Positions 1 through 6,878 of a stretch of 17,717 nt of DNA are shown piece by piece. The notes under the pieces were generated by a model. It was not told where the DNA came from. It worked only from the letters and a program-made list of their open reading frames with translations, and searched no databases. A program made the position numbers and the translations under genes. Each line of letters opens with the position of its first letter. Positions within the stretch are counted from its first letter, which is position 1. Where the stretch lies: positions 1 to 17,717 of the forward strand of contig JACRKZ010000159.1 of assembly GCA_016235455.1 (NCBI GenBank), in the 5' to 3' direction. This stretch comes from Armatimonadota bacterium (GTDB lineage Bacteria; Armatimonadota; UBA10988).

Positions 1-783
1 CCGGCCGGCGGGGTCGAGGAAGCCCACGCGCGCCAACTGCGCATCGGTCAGGCCGGTCGCATCCGAGCCGAAGCTGACACTGCCGCCATCGGGTCGCCAG
101 CGGGCGATGACCAGGCTGGCTTCGGGCGACCAGGTCTGGTCGTGGCTGTCGGCGCAGGCCAGGCTGCCCTGACCCTCGGCGCCCAGGTCGACGAACGAGC
201 GCGTGCCGAGCCGCAGCGGGCCGACCCGGTCGGCATGGCCGCGCAGCCAGAGCCGCGCCTCGTTGGGGCCGACCGTGGCCAGCGGCGCGCCGTCGTCCAC
301 CTGGTCGTCGTTGTCCCAGGCCAGGATGGCCTGGTTGGCGCCGCCACCGAGCGTGACCGCGCTGGGCACGGCGCAGACGCCCGCGGGCTTGGCCAGCATG
401 AGCATGCCGCGCCGCAGTGTCAAGCCGCCGCCGAACGTGTTGGCGGCCCGGCCGGCCAAGTAGGACGGCGTGGTCTGCCAGACGCCCTGGCCGCCGCCGT
501 CCCAGACCAGCGCGCCGCCGCCGGTTACTGCGCCGCGCACCGTCTGCACGTTGCCGCCGCCGGTGTCGAAGGTCAGCGTGTGCCGGCCCAGGTCGATGTC
601 ACCGTCGAACGCCGCCCACTTCCAGCCGAAGGTGGTCGGGCCGGTGAGCCGGTACGAACTGCCCTCGGGTCCGGCGTCGGCAGCGCATTCGAAGCTGCCC
701 TGCAGGGCAATGGTGACGGCCTGCGCGCTGGCGGCGAGCCAGGCGGCGGCCAAGACGGTCAGAACGGCATGTCGGCGATGCAT
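1..783 (-). CDS. Secreted protein with autotransporter-associated beta-strand (PATR-like) repeat; 3' end runs off the window
   Basis: Translated by hand from ATG at 783: MHRRHAVLTVLAAAWLAASAQA (signal peptide ending A-Q-A), open to base 1. Contains ANTFGGGLTLRRGML (PATR-like) and SVSFGSDATGLTDAQLARVGF. GC-rich third codon positions. Absent from the ORF track because no stop lies inside the window. Confidence 0.8.
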   Translation of the reverse strand, partial: MHRRHAVLTVLAAAWLAASAQAVTIALQGSFECAADAGPEGSSYRLTGPTTFGWKWAAFDGDIDLGRHTLTFDTGGGNVQTVRGAVTGGGALVWDGGGQGVWQTTPSYLAGRAANTFGGGLTLRRGMLMLAKPAGVCAVPSAVTLGGGANQAILAWDNDDQVDDGAPLATVGPNEARLWLRGHADRVGPLRLGTRSFVDLGAEGQGSLACADSHDQTWSPEASLVIARWRPDGGSVSFGSDATGLTDAQLARVGFLDPAGR

Positions 784-848
784 GGCCCGCGATTCGCCTT
801 TGAGGCTGTGCATCCTGCCGGTCGGCGAGCACCATGGCGGCGGCCGGC

Positions 849-877
849 TTGACACCGACCCGCTCTTGCGACACGCT
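849..877 (+). promoter_or_regulatory. Possible sigma70-type promoter for the DUF6259-like gene
   Basis: TTGACA (849-854), 17-nt spacer, CACGCT (872-877, weak -10), then GGGAG Shine-Dalgarno and ATG at 896. Confidence 0.4.
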
Positions 878-895
878 CGGGGTGGGAGCCTGCGC

Positions 896-3800
896 ATGCG
901 CCGCACCTTGCTGCTTCTGCTCGTCGCTGCCGTAACCCACGCCGCCGCGGCCTGGGCCGCCGAGGTCCGCACTCCCAGTCTGCGCGCCGAAACTGGCCGG
1001 GGCACGCTGCTCAGCCTGACCGACGCCGCCGGCCACGCCATGGTGGGCGACACGGCCATCAGCCGGCTGCGGCTGCGCTGCGTGGGCCAGGACTACAACG
1101 GCATCGAGGCGGACGGGGCGCTGGCTTTCCAGGACCTGCCCGGCGCTCGGGCCACCAGCCGCGTCGAGCCCGCCGGCGAGGAACTGCTGCTGGCGCAGAC
1201 GGCGACGTCGCCCCAGCCGGGCGTGTATGGCCTGGAATGGACGCTGGCCGGCATTCCGCGCGACTACAACATCATCGTGCCGGGCCGCTCGGGCATCCGG
1301 CTGACCAAGGCCTCGCCGCGCGGCAACCAGGTCTTCGACTGGCCGATGGGCTGGGAGGCGGGTCTGGCCATCATCGAGGGTCAGGGCCATGGCTTCTTTG
1401 TCTACGCCGATGATCCCGACGGCCGCTTCAAGCGCCTCGAGGTCGAGTACCGCGCCGACGGCTGGCGGTTGGGCTTGGTCACGGTCAACACCGCGCCGTG
1501 GGACAAGCTGACCGACATTGCCTCGGTGCGCTGGCGTGTGGGCACCTATCAGGGCGACTGGCGCCAGGCGGCGCGGCGCTACCGCGATTGGCAGGCCCGC
1601 TCGTGGCGCGTGACGCCTTTGGATCAGCAGAAGCCCACCTGGGTCAAGGACACGCGTGGCTGCGTGATCATGGGCCTGGATATACCCACCATGGAGAAGC
1701 TGGCCGAGAAGGTCGATCCGCGGCAGACGCTGATCTACCTGCCCGACTGGCGCACCGCCGGCTACGACCGCGACTACCCGACCTACGACCAGGCGGTGCC
1801 GCAGCTCGACCCGTTCCTCAAGCGCGCCCACGAACTGGGCTTCCGCTGCATGTTGCACGTCAACTACTTCGGCTGCGACCCGCTCAATCCGCTGTACAAG
1901 CAGTTCGGCCCGTTCCAGGTGCGCAGCCCGTGGGGCAAGCACGACCTCGAGTGGTGGCTATGGGAGAAGGCCGAGCCAGTCATCCGGTTCGCCTACATCA
2001 ACCCCGCGCACAGCGACTGGCGGAAGCTGTTCGTCGAGCGCATGGCGAAGCTCTGCCGCGACCACGCCGTCGACGCGCTGCATCTGGACCAGACGCTGTG
2101 CGTGTTCAACGACAACAACGGTCTGGTCGAGGGGCAGACCATGGCCCAGGGCAATGTGGCGCTGCACCGCGAACTGCGCGCGGCGCTGCCCGAGGTGGCC
2201 ATCAGCGGTGAAGGGCTCAACGAGGTCACCTACCGCGACGAGGCGTTCGCCCAGCGCCACGCCTGGGGCCTGAACCACGCCGAAGGCACGTGGTCACGGG
2301 CCTGGCTGGCCACGGCACATCCCGTGAGCAGCTATCTGTTCCGACCCTACACCTGCATCTACGGCTACCTGGGCTGTGCGTCGCCGAGCACCGACCAGCT
2401 CTACGCGGCGTGGCAGGAGGCGTACCGCTGGTGGGGCGTCATTCCCACGCTGAAGCCCGACGCGGGCTCGGTGGCCGGTGCCGATGGCTTCCCCGCGCAG
2501 TTCTGGAGCGAGATCGACCTGTGGCAGCGGCGGCGGCTGGCACCCGACCTCGATGGCGCCTGGCCGGCCGACACGGCGTTCCCGCTCAAGGCGGCTGACG
2601 GCGGCAGCGCGGCCTACACCGTCGATCACCGGCTGGTGGCGGCTGGGCAGACCGTAACTCGCACGGTCACCGGCACCAGCGAGGTCAAGGCTGGTGGCAG
2701 CCTGGGCGGCTGGCTGGTCTATGACCGCGAGCGGCTGTTCGGGCTCGATCCCGAGCGCTGGTATGCCTGGTCGGCCAAGCCACGCGACCTGCGCGCGCTG
2801 CACATCGAGACGCTGCCCGAGGGCTTCGGCGTGACCGAGGCTACCGACCGCGGCAGCCACTATGTCATCCGCCTGGCGCAGGCCGGCGCGGCCGTGGCGC
2901 GCCTCGACCAACTGCTGCAGGAGGCGGTGTGTGGCACGCGCCATCCCGACGGTCGGGAGTTCGCCGCCGAGGGGCCAGTGGAGGCGCCCGACGGCGGCAC
3001 GTTCCTGGTCGACGGCAGCGTCATCTCGGCGCATCCGCCGTGGCGCCAGGGCGCTGGCGGGCTGTCGTTCGCGCGCAGCCGGCTCAAGCTGCCAGAGGCC
3101 CAGGGTCTGCGGTTCCGCGCCGAGGTCTACCTCGACGCCGGTGCTGTCGGACCCGAGAAGAGCGATGGCGTGTTGTTCGGCGTGACGGCCAAGGGAGCCG
3201 GCCAGCCGGACCGCCGGTCCGAACTGCTGGTGACCGCGGCGCAGCCGCAACTGCTGGAGCTCGACCTGACGCCGCTGGCTGGACGTGATGTGGCGCTGGA
3301 GATGACTGTCTCACCGGGACCCAAGGGCAACCCGAGCTTCGACTGGGCACGCTGGCGCGCGCCGCGCGTGGAACGCAACCTCGTCGGGCAGGGCGTCATC
3401 GGCCTGGTGACGCCCAAGCCGTATCAACTGGCGCTCGGCGCGGCAGGCCCGGTCAAGACCACGACCGCCGGCAACAACCTGCGCGTGACGATGGACCTGC
3501 CTGGCGCGCTGGTGCTCATGGACGCGCTGCCGGCCGACCAGCCGCAACTGCCTAACAACCTGCTGGAGCTGCCGTTCGACGTGGCCTTCGTCGGCTCGAG
3601 CGGTCACACGCTGGACCGCCCGCAGTACGCCGGCGCCAACCGTGTTGGCGACGCGCTGTCGACCCACCCGCCGTCGGACGGGCGCACCTGTGTCGACTAC
3701 CGCCTGCGGCTGCGCGACGTGGCCGAGCAGTTCACCGCGCGGGTGGGCCTGCGCGAGGGCAGCAAGTCCAGTGGCGTGAGCTTCATCGTCGAGATCAACG

Positions 3801-3976
3801 GCCACGAGGTGGCGCGCCGCTCGATGCTGCCGGGCGACTGGCAGCCGCTGACCGCCGACCTGAGCCGTTGGCGGGGTCAGCCCGTGGTGCTGAGCCTGAT
3901 CGCGGACTCGGAGGGGCCGTTCGACTACGACTGGGCCCTGTGGGGTGAGCCGAAGCTGGTGGCGGCAGCCCCGTAG
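896..3976 (+). CDS. Secreted DUF6259-like putative glycoside hydrolase with two C-terminal NPCBM/NEW2-like modules (1026 aa)
   Basis: Real start inside the 470..3976 ORF: MRRTLLLLLVAAVTHAAAAWA signal peptide after GGGAG. TIM-barrel-type motifs LIYLPDWRTAGYDRDYPTY, GFRCMLHVN, VDALHLDQ, ISGEG. Two modules of form HPP...SxGVxFxV...DL..G..V.L...DWAxW at about 3020-3370 and 3655-3960. Confidence 0.8.
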   Translation: MRRTLLLLLVAAVTHAAAAWAAEVRTPSLRAETGRGTLLSLTDAAGHAMVGDTAISRLRLRCVGQDYNGIEADGALAFQDLPGARATSRVEPAGEELLLAQTATSPQPGVYGLEWTLAGIPRDYNIIVPGRSGIRLTKASPRGNQVFDWPMGWEAGLAIIEGQGHGFFVYADDPDGRFKRLEVEYRADGWRLGLVTVNTAPWDKLTDIASVRWRVGTYQGDWRQAARRYRDWQARSWRVTPLDQQKPTWVKDTRGCVIMGLDIPTMEKLAEKVDPRQTLIYLPDWRTAGYDRDYPTYDQAVPQLDPFLKRAHELGFRCMLHVNYFGCDPLNPLYKQFGPFQVRSPWGKHDLEWWLWEKAEPVIRFAYINPAHSDWRKLFVERMAKLCRDHAVDALHLDQTLCVFNDNNGLVEGQTMAQGNVALHRELRAALPEVAISGEGLNEVTYRDEAFAQRHAWGLNHAEGTWSRAWLATAHPVSSYLFRPYTCIYGYLGCASPSTDQLYAAWQEAYRWWGVIPTLKPDAGSVAGADGFPAQFWSEIDLWQRRRLAPDLDGAWPADTAFPLKAADGGSAAYTVDHRLVAAGQTVTRTVTGTSEVKAGGSLGGWLVYDRERLFGLDPERWYAWSAKPRDLRALHIETLPEGFGVTEATDRGSHYVIRLAQAGAAVARLDQLLQEAVCGTRHPDGREFAAEGPVEAPDGGTFLVDGSVISAHPPWRQGAGGLSFARSRLKLPEAQGLRFRAEVYLDAGAVGPEKSDGVLFGVTAKGAGQPDRRSELLVTAAQPQLLELDLTPLAGRDVALEMTVSPGPKGNPSFDWARWRAPRVERNLVGQGVIGLVTPKPYQLALGAAGPVKTTTAGNNLRVTMDLPGALVLMDALPADQPQLPNNLLELPFDVAFVGSSGHTLDRPQYAGANRVGDALSTHPPSDGRTCVDYRLRLRDVAEQFTARVGLREGSKSSGVSFIVEINGHEVARRSMLPGDWQPLTADLSRWRGQPVVLSLIADSEGPFDYDWALWGEPKLVAAAP

Positions 3977-3989
3977 GGTCGACCCTACG
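3972..3989. repeat. Perfect 18-bp palindrome containing both convergent TAG stops (REP-like or bidirectional hairpin)
   Basis: CGTAGGGTC|GACCCTACG is its own reverse complement; TAG at 3974-3976 (+) and CTA at 3985-3987 (-). Confidence 0.75.
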
Positions 3990-4626
3990 CGGTGGGTTCG
4001 GTGGCGATGAGCCCCAGCAGGGCCTGCCGCGCCTGCTCGCCCATGGGCACCACCATGGTCGGCAGCGTGCTGGCCTCGGCCAGGGCCAAGTACTGCTCCT
4101 GCCACTGGGTGAAGACCTGGGCCACACTGGCCAGGTCGGGTCCGAGCGAGAAGACAAAGTCGCGCCAGGCGACGTTACGATGGTCCAGGCTACCGGCCAG
4201 TTGCGCCTCAATCTGCTCGGGCGGCACGGTGATGACCACCGTCGTTGGCCGATAGAAGCGCATCATGCCTTCGATGCGGCGGAGCATGTCCAGGTCGCCG
4301 TTGGCGTGGCGGATGAGGTTGGTGAAGTGGAAGCGCTCCAGCACCCACAGCAGCTGGGCGTCGGGCCGGCGGCGCAGCACGTCGCTCTCCACGGTCAGCA
4401 CCCGCAGCGGCTCGATGGCGGCCAGCAGGCGGTACATGAGCTGCTCGTAGCGCTCCGGCCGCTGGTCGGGCCGGCCTTCGATGGCGCGTTCGGTGTAGTG
4501 CTCGGAGAGCATGAGCACCGACTGCCGAGCCAGAAAGGTGGGGTGGGCACGGATCTCGGCGAGCAGACACGACTTGCCCGCGCAGGGGATGCCCTCGATA
4601 ACGATTCCGCTCCACCCAGCGGTCAT
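3985..4626 (-). CDS. P-loop NTPase, nucleotide/thymidylate-kinase-like fold (213 aa)
   Basis: ATG at 4626 after GAGG. N-terminal IVIEGIPCAGKS Walker A; WVLERF resembles the DR/ER motif of thymidylate and deoxynucleoside kinases. Starts 19 nt after the mreB stop. Confidence 0.75.
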   Translation of the reverse strand: MTAGWSGIVIEGIPCAGKSCLLAEIRAHPTFLARQSVLMLSEHYTERAIEGRPDQRPERYEQLMYRLLAAIEPLRVLTVESDVLRRRPDAQLLWVLERFHFTNLIRHANGDLDMLRRIEGMMRFYRPTTVVITVPPEQIEAQLAGSLDHRNVAWRDFVFSLGPDLASVAQVFTQWQEQYLALAEASTLPTMVVPMGEQARQALLGLIATEPTA

Positions 4627-4645
4627 GGTCAGCCTCGCCTCGTGG

Positions 4646-5650
4646 CTACGCGCCGCGTCCGGGCCACCAGCGCGGCAGGTCGCCCGCGTTGACGATGACG
4701 CCGGTGCCGATGGCCACACACGACAGCGGGTCGTCGGCCACGCGCGTGGGGATGCCGGTCTCCTCGGCGATGAGCCGGTCCAGGCCGCGCAGCATGGCAC
4801 CGCCGCCGGTGAGCGTGATGCCGCGCTCGATGATGTCGCTGGCCAGCTCGGGTGGCGTCTGCTCGAGCACATGCTTGACGCGGTCGACAATCTGGGTGAC
4901 GGGCTCGCGCAGGGCCTCGCGCACATCGACGCTGGAGACCATGACCGTCTTGGGCAGGCCGGCGACCAGGTCGCGGCCGCGCACCTCGATGCTCATCTCG
5001 GGTTCCATGGCGTAAGCCGAACCGATGCGCACCTTGATGTCCTCGGCGCTGCGTTCGCCGATCATCAGGTTGTAGTCGCGCTTGATGTGCCGGATGATGC
5101 ACTCATCCATGCGCGAGCCGGCCACGCGCACGCTGTCGGCCACGACGATGCCGTTGAGCGAGATGACCGCCACGTCGGTGGTGCCGCCGCCGATGTCGAC
5201 AATCATGTTGCCGCCCGGCTCGGAGATGGGCAGGCCCGCGCCGATGGCCGCGGCCATCGGCTCGAAGACCAGTCGGGCGTCGCGGGCACCTGCCTCGCGC
5301 GCCGCGGCGAGCACACTGCGCTTCTCGACGCCGGTGCCGCCGATGGGCACGGAGATGACCAGCAGGGGCTTGAAGAATGGGTGCCGGCCGCAGGTCTTCT
5401 GGATGAAGTAGCGCAGCATCTGCGTGGTGATGGTGTAGTCGGCGATGACGCCACCGCGCATCGGACGGCTGGCGATGATCTCGCCGGGGGTGCGGCCGAG
5501 CATCTTCTGGGCATCGCTGCCCACCCAGACCAGCCCCTTCTTGCGGTGGACGGCCACCACGCTGGGCTCGCGCAGCACGATGCCCTTGCGCCGTACGTAG
5601 ACGAGCACGTTGGCCGTGCCCAGGTCAATGCCGAGATCGCGCGCGAACAT
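4646..5650 (-). CDS. mreB: Rod shape-determining actin homologue MreB (stand-alone, Mbl-like paralogue; 334 aa)
   Basis: MFARDLGIDLGTAN, EPSVVA, RPMRGGVIAD, EPMAAAIGAGLP, VDIGGGTTDVAVISL, LEQTPPELASDI, LTGGGA. GGAG SD upstream of ATG at 5650. Confidence 0.95.
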   Translation of the reverse strand: MFARDLGIDLGTANVLVYVRRKGIVLREPSVVAVHRKKGLVWVGSDAQKMLGRTPGEIIASRPMRGGVIADYTITTQMLRYFIQKTCGRHPFFKPLLVISVPIGGTGVEKRSVLAAAREAGARDARLVFEPMAAAIGAGLPISEPGGNMIVDIGGGTTDVAVISLNGIVVADSVRVAGSRMDECIIRHIKRDYNLMIGERSAEDIKVRIGSAYAMEPEMSIEVRGRDLVAGLPKTVMVSSVDVREALREPVTQIVDRVKHVLEQTPPELASDIIERGITLTGGGAMLRGLDRLIAEETGIPTRVADDPLSCVAIGTGVIVNAGDLPRWWPGRGA

Positions 5651-5680
5651 GTGGTTGGACTCCAACACCAGGCTATCGCC

Positions 5681-5686
5681 AGTATA
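5681..5686 (-). promoter_or_regulatory. Probable -10 element for mreB
   Basis: TATACT on the minus strand, 30 nt upstream of the mreB ATG in a very GC-rich background. No convincing -35 at 17 nt. Confidence 0.5.
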
Positions 5687-5714
5687 CACCCCGCGTCGGG
5701 GCAAATGGCGGAGT

Positions 5715-5727
5715 CGAACAGGTGTTC
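5715..5727. promoter_or_regulatory. Putative LexA-binding SOS box (Gram-positive Cheo-box type)
   Basis: CGAAC-AGGT-GTTC matches CGAAC-RNRY-GTTC exactly and lies in the divergent mreB / URO-D intergenic region. Confidence 0.5.
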
Positions 5728-5812
5728 AGCCAGCGGTCAGGTGGTCAATTTGCCCACGGGCCTCGCAGGACCCCGACCCGGGCGGGTGAATAGCGCCGCG
5801 GGAGTGGCTGAC

Positions 5813-6838
5813 ATGACCTCGCGAGAGCGCCTGCGCACCGCCATGCTGGGCGGCGAGCCCGACCGTGTGCCGGTTGGGCCGCACGGCTGGGGCCATGTCG
5901 ACCCCAACAGCGCCGTCGGCGTTGAGATGCTGGCCCGGCTGGACATGATGCTGCCGGTGGGCGCGGGCACCAGCCCGTTCTGGAGCGCGCGCGTCGAGAT
6001 GACCACCCAGCGCGACGAGAACAGCGCCGTGACCACGCTGGCCACGGCCGCCGGTGAGTTGCGCCAGGTATGGCGACGGACCAGCATCACCAGTGCCGTG
6101 ACCGAACACTTCTGCAAGACGGCCGACCAGCTCCAGGCCGTGCTCGAGCTGCCGTATGAGCCGGCCCAGCCCGTGCTCGACGACTATGAGCACTGGTGCG
6201 CGCGGGTCAGCGACGAGGCGCTGATCATGGTCGGCGTGGGCGACGGCATCTGCCACATCGCCGACCTGTGCAGCCCCGAGGACCTGTGCTTGATGTGGGC
6301 CGATGCGCCCGACGTGCTGCTGGCCGCGGTCAACACGGCGCACCAGCGCACCATGGACTGGGTGGACGCCTGCTGCCGGGCGGGTGCGCGCGCCTTCCGC
6401 ATCATCGGCGGGGAGTACGCCACCACGCAACTCGGGCCGCGCGGCTTCGAGGCGCTGTGTGTCGGCCAGGACCGCGAGCTGTGCGACCTGATGCGTTCGC
6501 ACGGGGCCATCTCCTACTACCACAACCACGGCACGACGATGGCCTATACGAGCGCGTTCGCGCGCATCGGCATGGACGCGCTCGACCCGCTGGAAGGCCC
6601 GCCGTATGGCGACGCCGACCTGGCGCGCTGCCGCGCCGAGATGCCCAGCGTCTGTCTGGTCGGCAATCTGGACGACATGGAGCAGATCGAGCAGTGGGAT
6701 CATGACCGCCTGCGAGCGTTGGCCGCCGAACGGCTGGCGCAGGCTGGACGGCGCGCGTTCGTGCTGGGCGGCACGGCCAGCGGCACCTACACCGAGGCTG
6801 GCGCGCGCGGCTTCATGGCGCTGCTTGACGTGGTGTGA
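5813..6838 (+). CDS. Uroporphyrinogen decarboxylase-superfamily (MtaA/CmuA-like) protein (341 aa)
   Basis: Typical N-terminus MTSRERLRTAMLGGEPDRVPV after GGGAG; YYHNHG, GMDALDPLE, VCLVGNLD, FVLGG. Not canonical HemE (no RQAGR motif). Confidence 0.85.
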   Translation: MTSRERLRTAMLGGEPDRVPVGPHGWGHVDPNSAVGVEMLARLDMMLPVGAGTSPFWSARVEMTTQRDENSAVTTLATAAGELRQVWRRTSITSAVTEHFCKTADQLQAVLELPYEPAQPVLDDYEHWCARVSDEALIMVGVGDGICHIADLCSPEDLCLMWADAPDVLLAAVNTAHQRTMDWVDACCRAGARAFRIIGGEYATTQLGPRGFEALCVGQDRELCDLMRSHGAISYYHNHGTTMAYTSAFARIGMDALDPLEGPPYGDADLARCRAEMPSVCLVGNLDDMEQIEQWDHDRLRALAAERLAQAGRRAFVLGGTASGTYTEAGARGFMALLDVV

Positions 6839-6878
6839 GCAGGCGTGGCATCCTCCGCGCCGACGGGAGTGAGAGCAG

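Noticed and set aside
142-852. 236-aa plus-strand ORF
   Set aside because: Antisense shadow of the PATR-like gene, with no motifs.
470-895. N-terminal 142 aa of the 1168-aa ORF
   Set aside because: It overlaps the real minus-strand gene (1-783). The signal peptide, SD and promoter all point to ATG at 896.
1832-1843. GAAC-TGGG-CTTC near-SOS box
   Set aside because: It has a mismatch, a non-RNRY spacer and lies deep inside a CDS.
4627-4926. 100-aa N-terminal extension of the P-loop protein
   Set aside because: It overlaps mreB in another frame. Walker A near the N-terminus and a GAGG SD support the start at 4626.
5695-5777. Alternative inverted repeats GGGCAAAT/ATTTGCCC and GTCGGGG/CCCCGAC, considered as a riboswitch (GGCAAA recalls c-di-GMP-I)
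   Set aside because: The stems are only 7-8 bp in GC-rich DNA, the other aptamer elements are missing, and the region is probably promoter DNA.
4511-5812. Apparent 775-aa fusion ORF ending in the URO-D domain
   Set aside because: Its first 434 codons are mostly the antisense of mreB and happen to lack stops. The URO-D family N-terminus and SD are at 5813.
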